Positions 9,046 to 18,099 of a stretch of DNA of 64,000 nt are shown one piece after another (position 1 is the stretch's first letter; every line of letters starts with the position of its first letter). Source of the DNA: Candidatus Zipacnadia bacterium (GTDB lineage Bacteria; Armatimonadota; Zipacnadia; Zipacnadales; UBA5352); contig JALGVE010000002.1 of NCBI GenBank assembly GCA_029820045.1, positions 3,538 to 67,537 of the forward strand. Reading direction: 5' to 3'. A program made the translations under genes and the position numbers. Under the pieces are notes generated by a model, which was not told where the DNA came from, ran no database searches, and saw only the letters and a list, made by a program, of their open reading frames with translations.

Positions 9046-9783
9046 ATGTCAGCGGAAGCCTACTTCGAGGCCACCTCGACCGGGTTGGAGAAGCTCCGGG
9101 ACGAGCAGCTTGCCAACATCAAGGCGGCCGCGGACCTGCTGGCCGACACCATCGAGGCCGGCAACGCGATCTTCGCCTTCGGCGCTACTCACTCGTTCAT
9201 CCTCGCCATGGAGATGGTCTACCGCACCGGCGGCCTGATGCTCATCAACACCATCTATCCCCACGGCATGGACCTCTCGGTGCGCCCCATGCCGCTGACC
9301 TCGCAGATCGAGCGCTTGCCCGACTACGGTCGCCTCCTCCTCGAGAACTCCCCGGCGCAGGAGGGGGATGCTCTGCTCATCGCCTCCACCTCAGGCCGCA
9401 ACGCCGTGGTGATTGACATGGCCCTGGCCGCGCGAGAGAGCGGCATCAGAACCATCGGCATCACCTCGGTGGAGTATAGCGCCAGCGTCCCCAGCCGCCA
9501 TCCCAGCGGCAAGCGCCTGTTGGACCTCTGCGACATCGTGATTGATAACTGCGCGCCGCTGGGAGATGCCGCCGTGCAGGTGGCCGGCGTGGAGCAGAGG
9601 ACGGGGCCGCTGTCCACAGTGCTGGGTGCGGTGGTCGTCAACTCGCTGGTGTGTCAGACGATAGCGAACCTGGTCGAACGCGGCATAGACCCGCCGATCT
9701 ACATCAGCGCCAACATGCCCGGCGGAGACGAGCACAACGCCCGTCTCCTCGCTGAGAACGCTGACCGCATCCACTACATGTGA
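9046..9783 (+). CDS. SIS-domain (UPF0309-like) protein
   Basis: AAGGAG RBS; 'FGATHS', 'YRTGGL', 'STSGRN', 'RHPSGKRLLDLCDIVIDN'. Confidence 0.9.
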   Translation: MSAEAYFEATSTGLEKLRDEQLANIKAAADLLADTIEAGNAIFAFGATHSFILAMEMVYRTGGLMLINTIYPHGMDLSVRPMPLTSQIERLPDYGRLLLENSPAQEGDALLIASTSGRNAVVIDMALAARESGIRTIGITSVEYSASVPSRHPSGKRLLDLCDIVIDNCAPLGDAAVQVAGVEQRTGPLSTVLGAVVVNSLVCQTIANLVERGIDPPIYISANMPGGDEHNARLLAENADRIHYM

Positions 9784-9800
9784 GCACCAGCGCGACTCGA

Positions 9801-9868
9801 GGGGACTGTCCCCCTTTTCGCGTCGTGGAGGACGCTCGCGTCCTCAGCGAAAAAGGCGGACTGTCCCC
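9801..9868. repeat. GGGACTGTCCCC-type REP-like element
   Basis: Two GGACTGTCCCC motifs around a TTTTCG...CGAAAA stem; a related element lies at 44903-44949. Confidence 0.6.
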
Positions 9869-9903
9869 ATGCTCGATGAGTAGTTACGAAAGGAGACCCT
9901 CCG

Positions 9904-10934
9904 ATGAGCGACAAGCCGCTGGGTTTCGGCGTCATAGGCCTCGGAGTCGGGAAGAGCCGGGCGAAGATGGCGGCCGAGTGCCCGGATGCCGAGCTGATCG
10001 CCGTCTGCGACCTTGACGAGGAGCGGCTGAACCCGGTCGCCGAGGAGCATGGTTGTGACCGTCACACCGACTACAAGGAGATGGCCGAGCGCGATGATAT
10101 AGACTGCATCCTGGTGATGACCCCGAGCGGCCTGCACTGCGAGATGGCCATCGAGTGCCTGAAGCGCGGCAAGCACGTAGCGACCACCAAGCCGATGGAT
10201 GTCCGCCTGGACATCATTGACGAGGCGATCGCGACGGCGGAAGAGGAGAGCCGCGTGCTGGCCGTTGACTTCGGCAGGCGCTACAGCGACGACTGCCGGC
10301 GCATCAAGCGCGCGATGGATGAGGGCCGCTTCGGCAGGCCGATCCTGGCGACCATCGAGATGAAGTGGTGGCGCACCGAGGATTACTACGCGGGCTGGCG
10401 CGGCACCTGGGAGTTCGATGGCGGTGGGTCGCTGGCGAACCAGGGCATCCATCAGATTGACCTGGTGCAGTGGATCATGGGGCCGGTCACGCGCGTGGTC
10501 GGCGACTACGCCGTGATGGCCCACGAGAACTGCGAGACCGAGGACCTGGGGATGGCCCTCGCAGAGTTCGAGAGCGGCGCGAAGGGCAGCTTCATCACGA
10601 CGACCACCTACGAGCCGGAGCATGTCACGCGGGTGGGCTTTCACGGAACCGAGGGCGCGGTGCTGCTTGACAGCGAGGAGCCTGCGATCTGGCAGTTCCG
10701 CGATGAGGAAGAGGAGGAGCCGCTGCCGCCGGGCCCGGCGAACATCGTCGAGGACATGGTGCGCTGCCGCCGGGCCCGGCGAACATCGTCGAGGACATGG
10801 TGGGCTGCATTCGCGAGGGGAAGGAGCCGGCCTGCACGGGCCCCGAGGGGCGCAAGTCGGTGGAGGTCCTCCGTGCGATCCTGCGCTCCGCGGACACGGG
10901 CGTCTGGGTTGATTTACCCATCGAGGGGGCGTGA
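9904..10934 (+). pseudogene. Gfo/Idh/MocA oxidoreductase frameshifted by a 41-bp tandem duplication near the 3' end
   Basis: 'GVIGLGVG', 'TTKPM', 'GGGSLANQGIHQID'; 10721-10761 is repeated at 10762-10802; removing one copy restores the typical tail GCIREGKEPACTGPEGRKSVEVLRAILRS...* ending at 10934. Confidence 0.8.
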
Positions 10935-11010
10935 CGCGGAGGGGCTGCAGTGAGGCAAGTGGGCGTGTTCGTGTCGCACAGGCGAATGCGCGCGAAAGGA
11001 CGGTCTACTC

Positions 11011-12714
11011 ATGCGCACACGCATGGTGACGATGGCGCTCATCCTGGTGGCTGTGGGATCGCTGGCTGTCGGCTATTGCCAGGGCCTGCCGGACATGCGC
11101 ATCCGCAAGAAGCTCATCGAGTGTGGGTGGGACACGCCCGACACGGCGATGCTGCGCCAGCATCTGGCGGCCGTCGAGCAGGCGCCATATGACGGTATCA
11201 GAATCAAGGCGACAGGCAAGACCGTTGAGGGCGAGTTGGCCCGGCTGACTTTCGCCTTCGGGCCCGAGGAGTGGGACCGCGAGTCCTTCCAGCAGGCGCT
11301 TGACGACCTGAAGGCCTGCAACTGGCAGCGCATGACCGACAACTTCCTGGCTACGGGCGCCAACCCCGGCAGCGTGGACTGGTTCGACGACGAGGGGTGG
11401 GCCCAGATCACAGAGCACATGCGCATCGCGGCCTGGATCGCCCGCGAGGGGGGCCTGAGGGGCATCATCTTCGACCCGGAGAGCTACTCTGAGTACCACC
11501 AGTGGATGTACACCGAGCAACCCGGGCGCGACCAGCACTCCTTCGAGGAGTACTACGACAAAGCCCGCGAGCGCGGGCGGGAGGTGATGGGCGCCATCTG
11601 CGAGGAATACCCGCAGATCACCGTATTCACCTTCTTCGCCAACATCGTCAACGCCACCGCAGCCAAGCGCGCCGACCCCCGCACGGTGCTGAAAGGCCTC
11701 AGCTACGGGCTGTACACTCCGTTCATTGACGGCTGGCTGGACGCGCTGCCGCCGACGGCAACCCTCATTGACGGCTGCGAGCGCGCTTACCACTTCAACG
11801 ATGTGGACGACTTCCTCAACGCCGCGCAGTTCATCCGGTCAGACGCCCAGACGCTGGTGTCCCCTGAGAACCGCGCCAAGTACCGCGCCCAGGTGCAGGT
11901 CGGCTTCGGCATCTATCTCGACGCCCACGCCAACCCGCCGGGCTCCAAGTACTACATAGACCCCGGCGATCAGACGCCCACCCAGCGTCTGGCGCGGAAC
12001 ATCACCAGCGCCCTGCGCGTGTGCGATGAGTACGTGTGGACCTGGGGTGAGAAGTGGCACTGGTGGCCGTGCAAGCGCTGGCCGGAAAACGACAAGCCGT
12101 GGGAACTGGCGCTGCCGGGCATCACCGACGCTCTGAACTGGGCCCGCGACCCGCAGGGCTACGGGCTGCGACGAGTAGCGGAGATGGAGCGCGCCGGGAC
12201 GCTGGTTGAGCTGGCGCGCAACGGCGACTTCGGCTCAGAGACGGCGGCCACGCCCGATGGCGGCCAGGACGACTGGAAACAGGAGGGCGCGCCCGCGGGC
12301 TGGAGCACCTGGCAGGCGGGCGCCAGCGAGGGCATCTTCGCGTGGGACCGCGAGGTGGGGGCGATCGCCCCTGGCTCGGCGCGCATGACGGGTGTGTCGG
12401 ACGGCTGCTTCATCCAGGTCTACGACGTTCAGCCGGGCGAGCGCTACTTCGTGCGGGCGGTCGCGCGCCAGCAGGGCCGCGGCTGGCCGCAGATACGCGT
12501 GCGCTGGCAAACACCCGAAGGGCAATGGACGCTACAGGAACTCGACCCCATCCTCACGCCCGAGCCCTCGCACGACGAGTGGAAGACCATCGCGGGCGTC
12601 GTAACCGTTCCGGAGGGCGTTGGCAAGCTGGTGATCCTGCTGGGGGTGAAGAGCCAGGCATCTGAGGAGGACATCGTCTGGTTCGATGACGTGAGCCTGG
12701 TGAAGCTGCAGTAA
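11011..12714 (+). CDS. Secreted protein with TIM-barrel-like N-terminus and C-terminal carbohydrate-binding-like (CBM4/9-type) domain
   Basis: Signal peptide; 'GIIFDPESY'; C-terminal 'ARNGDFG...PAGWSTW...VWFDDVSL'. Confidence 0.7.
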   Translation: MRTRMVTMALILVAVGSLAVGYCQGLPDMRIRKKLIECGWDTPDTAMLRQHLAAVEQAPYDGIRIKATGKTVEGELARLTFAFGPEEWDRESFQQALDDLKACNWQRMTDNFLATGANPGSVDWFDDEGWAQITEHMRIAAWIAREGGLRGIIFDPESYSEYHQWMYTEQPGRDQHSFEEYYDKARERGREVMGAICEEYPQITVFTFFANIVNATAAKRADPRTVLKGLSYGLYTPFIDGWLDALPPTATLIDGCERAYHFNDVDDFLNAAQFIRSDAQTLVSPENRAKYRAQVQVGFGIYLDAHANPPGSKYYIDPGDQTPTQRLARNITSALRVCDEYVWTWGEKWHWWPCKRWPENDKPWELALPGITDALNWARDPQGYGLRRVAEMERAGTLVELARNGDFGSETAATPDGGQDDWKQEGAPAGWSTWQAGASEGIFAWDREVGAIAPGSARMTGVSDGCFIQVYDVQPGERYFVRAVARQQGRGWPQIRVRWQTPEGQWTLQELDPILTPEPSHDEWKTIAGVVTVPEGVGKLVILLGVKSQASEEDIVWFDDVSLVKLQ

Positions 12715-12722
12715 CGGACAGG

Positions 12723-13070
12723 TCACAGGCCCATGAGCGTGCGCAGGATCTCCTCGACCCGGGCCATCGTGTCGCCGGACACCGCGCCCAGCCGCCCGGC
12801 CAGTTGCTGCTTCGAGATCGAGCGGATGTCCTCGCACCTGACTTGGGACGTGCGGGAAACGCCGCCCTCGGGGGGCTCGACCGTCACGGGCGAGGCAATC
12901 CGCCGCTGCCGTGTCGTGAGCGGCACCACCATGACCAGTTCAGCGGTGCCCGCGTTGAACTCGTCGGCAGACACCACTAGCACCAGTCGCGTGCCCCCCT
13001 GCTCGTGGCCCACAACTGGGTCGAGGTGTGCGTAGTAGACCTCGCTGCGCTGGGGCGTCACTCCTCCCAT
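12723..13070 (-). CDS. mazF: PemK/MazF-family toxin
   Basis: 'LDPVVGHEQGGTRLVLVVS', 'VVPLTT', 'CEDIRSISK'; overlaps the antitoxin stop. Confidence 0.9.
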   Translation of the reverse strand: MGGVTPQRSEVYYAHLDPVVGHEQGGTRLVLVVSADEFNAGTAELVMVVPLTTRQRRIASPVTVEPPEGGVSRTSQVRCEDIRSISKQQLAGRLGAVSGDTMARVEEILRTLMGL

Positions 13071-13327
13071 GGGTCATCCTCGAGCCCGTCCATGAGGGTG
13101 GACTCCCACAGCTTGCGCTCCCCCAACTCCTCGGCCCAGGCCTCGGGGTCCTCGCGCAGTCTGGCATAGTCCTCGTTCCCGCGTCGCAACAGATCCTGGC
13201 GCCTCAAATGCTCGACGGCCTCCTCCACCAGTTCCGTCATCGGAACCCCACGGCGGGCCGCGAGTTCGCGCAGAATCTGATGGGTCTCCTTCCTCACGCG
13301 CAGCGTAACGGACATGAGCGATATCAC
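13058..13327 (-). CDS. Putative antitoxin (ribbon-helix-helix-like)
   Basis: Small ORF directly upstream of the toxin; 'VTLRVRKETHQILRELA' followed by an acidic tail 'WESTLMDGLED'. Confidence 0.8.
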   Translation of the reverse strand: MISLMSVTLRVRKETHQILRELAARRGVPMTELVEEAVEHLRRQDLLRRGNEDYARLREDPEAWAEELGERKLWESTLMDGLEDDPWEE

Positions 13328-13389
13328 CTGCCTCTAGGCCCGGAAGTCCGGCACCTCGACCGGGTGGGCGCCATTCTCGGCTGAGGGAG

Positions 13390-15306
13390 CTACCCCGCTT
13401 CCTGGGCCACCGGCAGCCAGACGCGCATGGCGGAGTCCCCTCGGTTGGCCCAGGCGTAGTACGGAATGGCTGTGACGTCGGTCTTCCGCATAGTCGGCGG
13501 AGGCGCGGAGCCATAAGGCCGGTACAACGGTCCAGGGGCGTGAGAAGGCGCTGGGGATAGCGCCGGGCCGCGTAGCACCGTGACGCCCCCGAGCAGGTCC
13601 GGCTGCCACTCGCCCTCGAACCCGCCTCCAGGGTCGGCGGCATCTAGCGGCAGGACGAGGTCGGCCACGTCTACTTGGACGTTGTCCACGCTCTCGAAGC
13701 AGTAGACCACTGGCCCGCGCATCAGCGCCACGCACCCGCGCGTTTCAGCGACCCGGGGATGACTCTCGACGGCCCGCGCGGGCATGGTAAGCACCAGGCG
13801 GACCCGATCTCCGGCCTCCCAGCGCCGCCGCACCTCGTGGTAGCCACCCGGCTGCACGGCCCCGGCTGCTGCCTCCCCGTTGACGGACACCCTAGCCTCT
13901 GACGTCCATCCGGGAATGCGCAGGAACAGGGCGAAGTCCTGGGCCCGCTCGGGGCTGATGGTGATGTCTATCACGCCCTCCCAGGGATAGCGCGTGTCCA
14001 CTGCCAGCTCCACCGTGGAACCATCGGGGGCGGTGAGGGATGCCCGGCACGCATCGTACAGATGCACCCAGAGGCCCTCGGCGCTCGTGCTGAATATCAA
14101 GCCTGGCAGCGAGCCCAGCGTCCGGTGAACGTTCGGCGGGCAGCAATTGCATCCGAACCAAGGCTGTCGCTCAACACCGCCGTCGCTCGCGAGGGGGTTG
14201 CGGTAAAAATACTCGGTCCCAGACAGCGAAACTCCTGATAGGAAGGCGTTATACAGGATACGTTCGATAGTGTCGGCGAATCGGGCCTCCCCCGTTACAA
14301 GCAGCATGCGCCAGGCCCACATGACGTGGGAGATCTGGGCGCAGGTCTCAGCGTACGCGCGGGCGCTGGGCAGCTCGTACGGCTCGCCGAAAGCCTCGCC
14401 CTGATAGCGGGCCCCGACGCCCCCGGTGACGTATATCTTGCCGGTGACCAGGTCGTGCCAGAGGTGGAGCAAGTTGCGCCACATCTTGTCGTCACCGGTC
14501 TCGGCGTACCAGTCGGTGCCGCCGGCGCAGATGTACCCGGATCGCACACAGTGCCCCACGAGGGCTGGACGCTCGGCGATAGGGGGGAGGTTCTCCAGCG
14601 ACTGCGGCAAGCCCAGAAAGAACCCCGCGAGCTCCAAGTAGCGCTGCTCGCCGGTCGTCCGGAAGAGCTCTATGAGGGCAAGTTCGATCTCGGGATGACC
14701 GTCGGTCTGCTCGCGCTTGCCCGGCCCGAACTCTTGGGTGAGGTAGTCGGCGAACTTGATGGCCACGTGCAGTAGCTGGTCGCGCCCGGTGGCGCGGTAG
14801 TGTGCGATAGCCGCTTGCATCAGGTGTCCGGCGCAGTACAGCTCGTGGGAGCGTGCCAGGTTTGAGAACCGCTCCCGCGGTGGTCCGGCACTAGAGAGAG
14901 TGCCCAGATAGAGATAGCCGTCGGCTTCTTGGGCTGCCGCGATGTCGTCAATGATCTGATCCACGGTCTGTCGCAGCTCCGGGAGATCCTCGGACTGCAG
15001 GGCAAAGGCGGCCCCCTCCAGCCATTTGTACAGATCCGACTCACTGCCGAAGGACCCCTGGCGGAAGGGAGCATCGCTCCGGCCGGCAGCCCGGCGGAAG
15101 TTGTCCACCACCCCGTGCTCCTCCATCAGGCGCAGGAAGGTCGGGATGCCCTCCCGCACGTTGGCCTGCATCCTGGGCCGCCAAAACCCCTCGCCCATCC
15201 TGACCGCCCCGATGGGCACCGACTGCAACCTGAAGTGGGGCCCCAGGCGTGTATCCACCACGCCGGGCTTCTGGGCGTTAGCCTCTTGGCTTTCAGTCTT
15301 GGTCAT
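13390..15306 (-). CDS. Glycoside hydrolase family 127 (beta-L-arabinofuranosidase-like)
   Basis: 'SDLYKWLE', 'HELYCAGH', 'GHPEIELAL', 'YAETCA', 'CNCCPPN'; AAGGAG before ATG 15306. Confidence 0.9.
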   Translation of the reverse strand: MTKTESQEANAQKPGVVDTRLGPHFRLQSVPIGAVRMGEGFWRPRMQANVREGIPTFLRLMEEHGVVDNFRRAAGRSDAPFRQGSFGSESDLYKWLEGAAFALQSEDLPELRQTVDQIIDDIAAAQEADGYLYLGTLSSAGPPRERFSNLARSHELYCAGHLMQAAIAHYRATGRDQLLHVAIKFADYLTQEFGPGKREQTDGHPEIELALIELFRTTGEQRYLELAGFFLGLPQSLENLPPIAERPALVGHCVRSGYICAGGTDWYAETGDDKMWRNLLHLWHDLVTGKIYVTGGVGARYQGEAFGEPYELPSARAYAETCAQISHVMWAWRMLLVTGEARFADTIERILYNAFLSGVSLSGTEYFYRNPLASDGGVERQPWFGCNCCPPNVHRTLGSLPGLIFSTSAEGLWVHLYDACRASLTAPDGSTVELAVDTRYPWEGVIDITISPERAQDFALFLRIPGWTSEARVSVNGEAAAGAVQPGGYHEVRRRWEAGDRVRLVLTMPARAVESHPRVAETRGCVALMRGPVVYCFESVDNVQVDVADLVLPLDAADPGGGFEGEWQPDLLGGVTVLRGPALSPAPSHAPGPLYRPYGSAPPPTMRKTDVTAIPYYAWANRGDSAMRVWLPVAQEAG

Positions 15307-15427
15307 CTCACGATCTCCTTGCACTAGATCTGTGTCACCCTCGGGGCAATACGCTTCGCCCCTGCCGACGCCCTAGCTTCCTGGCGGCCCAGGTTCTGTG
15401 GGTCACTCATGGCGCCCTCGACCCGGC

Positions 15428-16516
15428 TCACTTCGGCCGGAAGTCCGGCACCTCGACCCGCTCGCCGCCGCTCTCGGCGGAGAGGTGGGCGCACAGCCCC
15501 GGCGCGGAGTAGTCCAAGCCCCGGTACACGTCAATAGGCGGCTTGGTGTCGTCGAGGATGCAGCGCACGAAGTCGTTGACGAGGAAATACTCCGAGGTCC
15601 CGTGCCCGCCCGCCGTCGCCTCCGGTGGCGCCTTGGGATGAGCAGCGCTCAGAGGTATCTGGATCGGCCCCTGGAGGTTGGGGATGCGCTCGGTATACAG
15701 GTGGTGGGAACCGGGGCGACCTCCGCGCGGGCTTTCCAGGTAGCCCTCGGTCCCGTAGACGACGAAGAAGTGCATGGACGGCTCGCGCGCGACGCAAAAG
15801 CCGGTCAGGACCTTGATGACCGCGCCGCTCTCGGTCTGGAAGATGCCGACCTCCATGTCAATGGTGCCCCACTCGGCGCCGATATTGCTGCCGGTGTGCA
15901 GCCCGCAGGCGCTGGTGATGCGCGTGTCCAGTATCTCCAGCACCGGCCCCAGGCTGTGCGTGCAGTAGTGGATAGGCGGCATCGAGGCCCGCCAGGTCGG
16001 GCCGGTCGCGGAGCCCTCGGTGACGCCGTCCTCGCGGTCGTGCATCAGGTAGCGGCAATCGTGGATGTACTCCGCCTCGGCGTAGATGGGCCGGCCGATG
16101 TTACCCTCGCGCACCAGGTGCTCGTAGGTCTGCACGTAGGCCATGTAATTCATGTTCTCCGCGAACATGTACTTCAGGCCCGTGCGCTCGACGGTGCGGG
16201 CCAGCGCCTCGGCCTGCTGCAGGTCGCTCGCTGCCGGCACCTCACTGAGCACGTGCTTGCCGTTCTCGAGCGCCTCGATGGCGTTCGGCACGTGGACCGG
16301 AAGAGGCGTCGCGACCACGATGGCGTCTATGTCCGTCGTACAGAACTCCGAGTAGTCGTCGAAGTGCATGGGCACGTTGTTCTGCTCAGCGACCTGCTGA
16401 GCCCGGTCCGCCTGCACATCGCAGACCGCCGCCAGCTCGCAGTCCTTGTGATTCGCGAACACGCGCACAAAGCCCATCCCACGACCAAGGCCAGCTACTC
16501 CAACTCTAAGCGCCAT
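15428..16516 (-). CDS. Gfo/Idh/MocA oxidoreductase
   Basis: 'VGVAGLGRG', 'HVLSEVP', 'AEYIHD', 'GGHG'. Confidence 0.9.
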   Translation of the reverse strand: MALRVGVAGLGRGMGFVRVFANHKDCELAAVCDVQADRAQQVAEQNNVPMHFDDYSEFCTTDIDAIVVATPLPVHVPNAIEALENGKHVLSEVPAASDLQQAEALARTVERTGLKYMFAENMNYMAYVQTYEHLVREGNIGRPIYAEAEYIHDCRYLMHDREDGVTEGSATGPTWRASMPPIHYCTHSLGPVLEILDTRITSACGLHTGSNIGAEWGTIDMEVGIFQTESGAVIKVLTGFCVAREPSMHFFVVYGTEGYLESPRGGRPGSHHLYTERIPNLQGPIQIPLSAAHPKAPPEATAGGHGTSEYFLVNDFVRCILDDTKPPIDVYRGLDYSAPGLCAHLSAESGGERVEVPDFRPK

Positions 16517-16632
16517 GATGGTTCCCCCTGACAGAGGTCACGCGGTGGCAGACTTGAAGGAAGGATCAGCGCGACTCTTGACCGTCGCGCCCTCCACCTC
16601 CTTCCTGGCCTGCGTGCCTGTGATCCCTGATA

Positions 16633-16738
16633 GGGGGCGCCGACATTCCTGCTTGGCCGCCGAAGCTTCAGCGAAGGTGGGTCGGCGGCCGTTTGTCGTT
16701 TGGGGCTTTCAACTGCGCGACAAGAATGTCGCGCCTCC
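16633..16738. repeat. CCGACATTCCTGTCGG-type REP doublet, left arm interrupted by a 29-bp insert
   Basis: GGGGCGCCGACATTCCTG[insert]GTCGGC ... CGACAAGAATGTCGCGCCTCC; same family as 27452-27511. Confidence 0.6.
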
Positions 16739-16760
16739 GGTAAAGGGGGTGGGCGTTGTA

Positions 16761-16790
16761 AGCGGGCCCGCCCTGGAGGGCGGGCCCGCT
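16761..16790 (-). terminator. GC-rich hairpin downstream of the 16835-17395 gene
   Basis: AGCGGGCCCGCCCT...AGGGCGGGCCCGCT near-perfect inverted repeat; weak U-tract. Confidence 0.5.
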
Positions 16791-16834
16791 CAGTTGGAGG
16801 TTACATCACTGGCCTTGGCATAGGTGAAGCGCAC

Positions 16835-17395
16835 TCACCACCCTTCTCGTCCGTATCCCCAACCGTGATAGTTGCTGTCCCAGTTGGGAGGGTTGTGCCC
16901 GTAGCGCAGGCGATACCAGTAGTTGTACCAGTTCTGGTCCAGGTACTCGCAGAAGTGTTGGTGCTTGATATGCCACTGCCGCGAGCCATCGTACGGGTGG
17001 TTCCTCAGGAAGGCCTGGTAGCGCCTCTGGATCTTCTGCCACTTCTGCGCAGGCGCTTCCGTGTACGGGAGCCGCTGGTAGCCGGGCGGGTAGCCGTACC
17101 TGCGCACCGCCGCGGTCCACGGGTCCTGGTAGCCCCACTGATTGCCCCACGCGGCAGGGATGCGGGAGTTGCCGCCGGGGTAATAGCCGCCGTAGCCCGG
17201 TGGACCCTGCGCGGGCATGTGCTTGCCCGGCTGACCCGTCCGTCCCATCCCCTGCTGCAACTGCCACTGGAACTCCGCGCTTCCGAACTGCGGGTTCGCC
17301 TCCGCCTGGTCCGTGCCCAGCGCTAACATCGCCGGGATCACCATCAGCACTGTTATCAGCGTGATCGTGAGGACTCTCCTGGTCATCTGATCCAC
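16835..17395 (-). CDS. Small secreted Tyr/Trp/Gly/Gln-rich hypothetical protein
   Basis: Signal peptide ending in AEA; low-complexity YGGYYPGG and WYNYWYRLRYG segments. Confidence 0.7.
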   Translation of the reverse strand: MDQMTRRVLTITLITVLMVIPAMLALGTDQAEANPQFGSAEFQWQLQQGMGRTGQPGKHMPAQGPPGYGGYYPGGNSRIPAAWGNQWGYQDPWTAAVRRYGYPPGYQRLPYTEAPAQKWQKIQRRYQAFLRNHPYDGSRQWHIKHQHFCEYLDQNWYNYWYRLRYGHNPPNWDSNYHGWGYGREGW

Positions 17396-17443
17396 CTGCC
17401 TTTCCCTTCGATTGGCGTGTCACTGTCGTTTCTCTGCTGGTCG

Positions 17444-17462
17444 CTACTACACGCGGTAGTAG
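17444..17462. promoter_or_regulatory. Palindromic operator CTACTA-N7-TAGTAG, copy 1
   Basis: CTACTA cacgcgg TAGTAG, about 50 bp upstream of the 17395 start. Confidence 0.75.
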
Positions 17463-17470
17463 GTTACCCC

Positions 17471-17501
17471 GAAAACAAGGCCCCGAAACAGACTCGGGGC
17501 C
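17471..17501 (-). terminator. Rho-independent terminator after the 17515-17988 gene
   Basis: Minus strand reads GGCCCCGA gtctgtt TCGGGGCC TTGTTTT. Confidence 0.7.
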
Positions 17502-17514
17502 TTGTCAGTGTCGC

Positions 17515-17988
17515 TCAGTAGCAGCCCCAGCCCCAGCCGATGCTCCATCCGCCCCACCGCTCGTCCCTGCGGCCGTCTCCGTATCCGGTATTGTAGCCAT
17601 CACCCCAGCCGTCGTTGTAGCCGTTGTTGTAGCCGTGGCGATAGCCCTGCCGGTAGTCGGATCTGGGATGGTATCGTGGGCGCGGAGGTGAGGGCGGGTG
17701 GTAGTATCCGCCTCGGTCGCCCCGGTTACCGTTCCAGAAGGCCCGGCGCCGGCTCTGGTACTCATTGCCCTGCCGGTCCCTGCGGTCCCCTTGGTAGTAG
17801 TACTTGCTCCCGTGGCTGGGCTGGTCGCCCAAGAGCTGGTAGACCAAGGTACCGGCGACGATACCGGCGATGGCCCTTCCCGTGTCGTTCGCCTGCGCTG
17901 GCTGCGGGGCGAACGCAGCCAAGGCTACCACTCCTACCAGAGCCACTGCCACCGTTCCCAGCACGCTTCGAGTGATCATTCTCTGCAT
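17515..17988 (-). CDS. Small secreted Gly/Tyr/Arg-rich hypothetical protein
   Basis: Signal peptide ending in AQA; glycine-zipper-like 'GRAIAGIVAG'; GYxxG repeats; C-terminal WGGWSIGWGWG; AGGAGG RBS. Confidence 0.75.
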   Translation of the reverse strand: MQRMITRSVLGTVAVALVGVVALAAFAPQPAQANDTGRAIAGIVAGTLVYQLLGDQPSHGSKYYYQGDRRDRQGNEYQSRRRAFWNGNRGDRGGYYHPPSPPRPRYHPRSDYRQGYRHGYNNGYNDGWGDGYNTGYGDGRRDERWGGWSIGWGWGCY

Positions 17989-18034
17989 CTCCCTCCTGGG
18001 TAGTCTGGTGCGTCTCGACTTGCTTGCCCCGCCA

Positions 18035-18053
18035 CTACTATTAGACGTAGTAG
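18035..18053. promoter_or_regulatory. Palindromic operator CTACTA-N7-TAGTAG, copy 2
   Basis: CTACTA ttagacg TAGTAG, about 47 bp upstream of the 17988 start. Confidence 0.75.
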
Positions 18054-18069
18054 ATAGCTCTCAGGTTCA
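18041..18069 (-). promoter_or_regulatory. Candidate ECF-sigma promoter
   Basis: Minus strand TGAACC-N16-CGTCTAA, matching the AAC...CGTC pattern of SigW/SigX/SigM-type promoters. Confidence 0.5.
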
Positions 18070-18099
18070 TGGATTCTCGTAATTCCTCCAGATTATACC

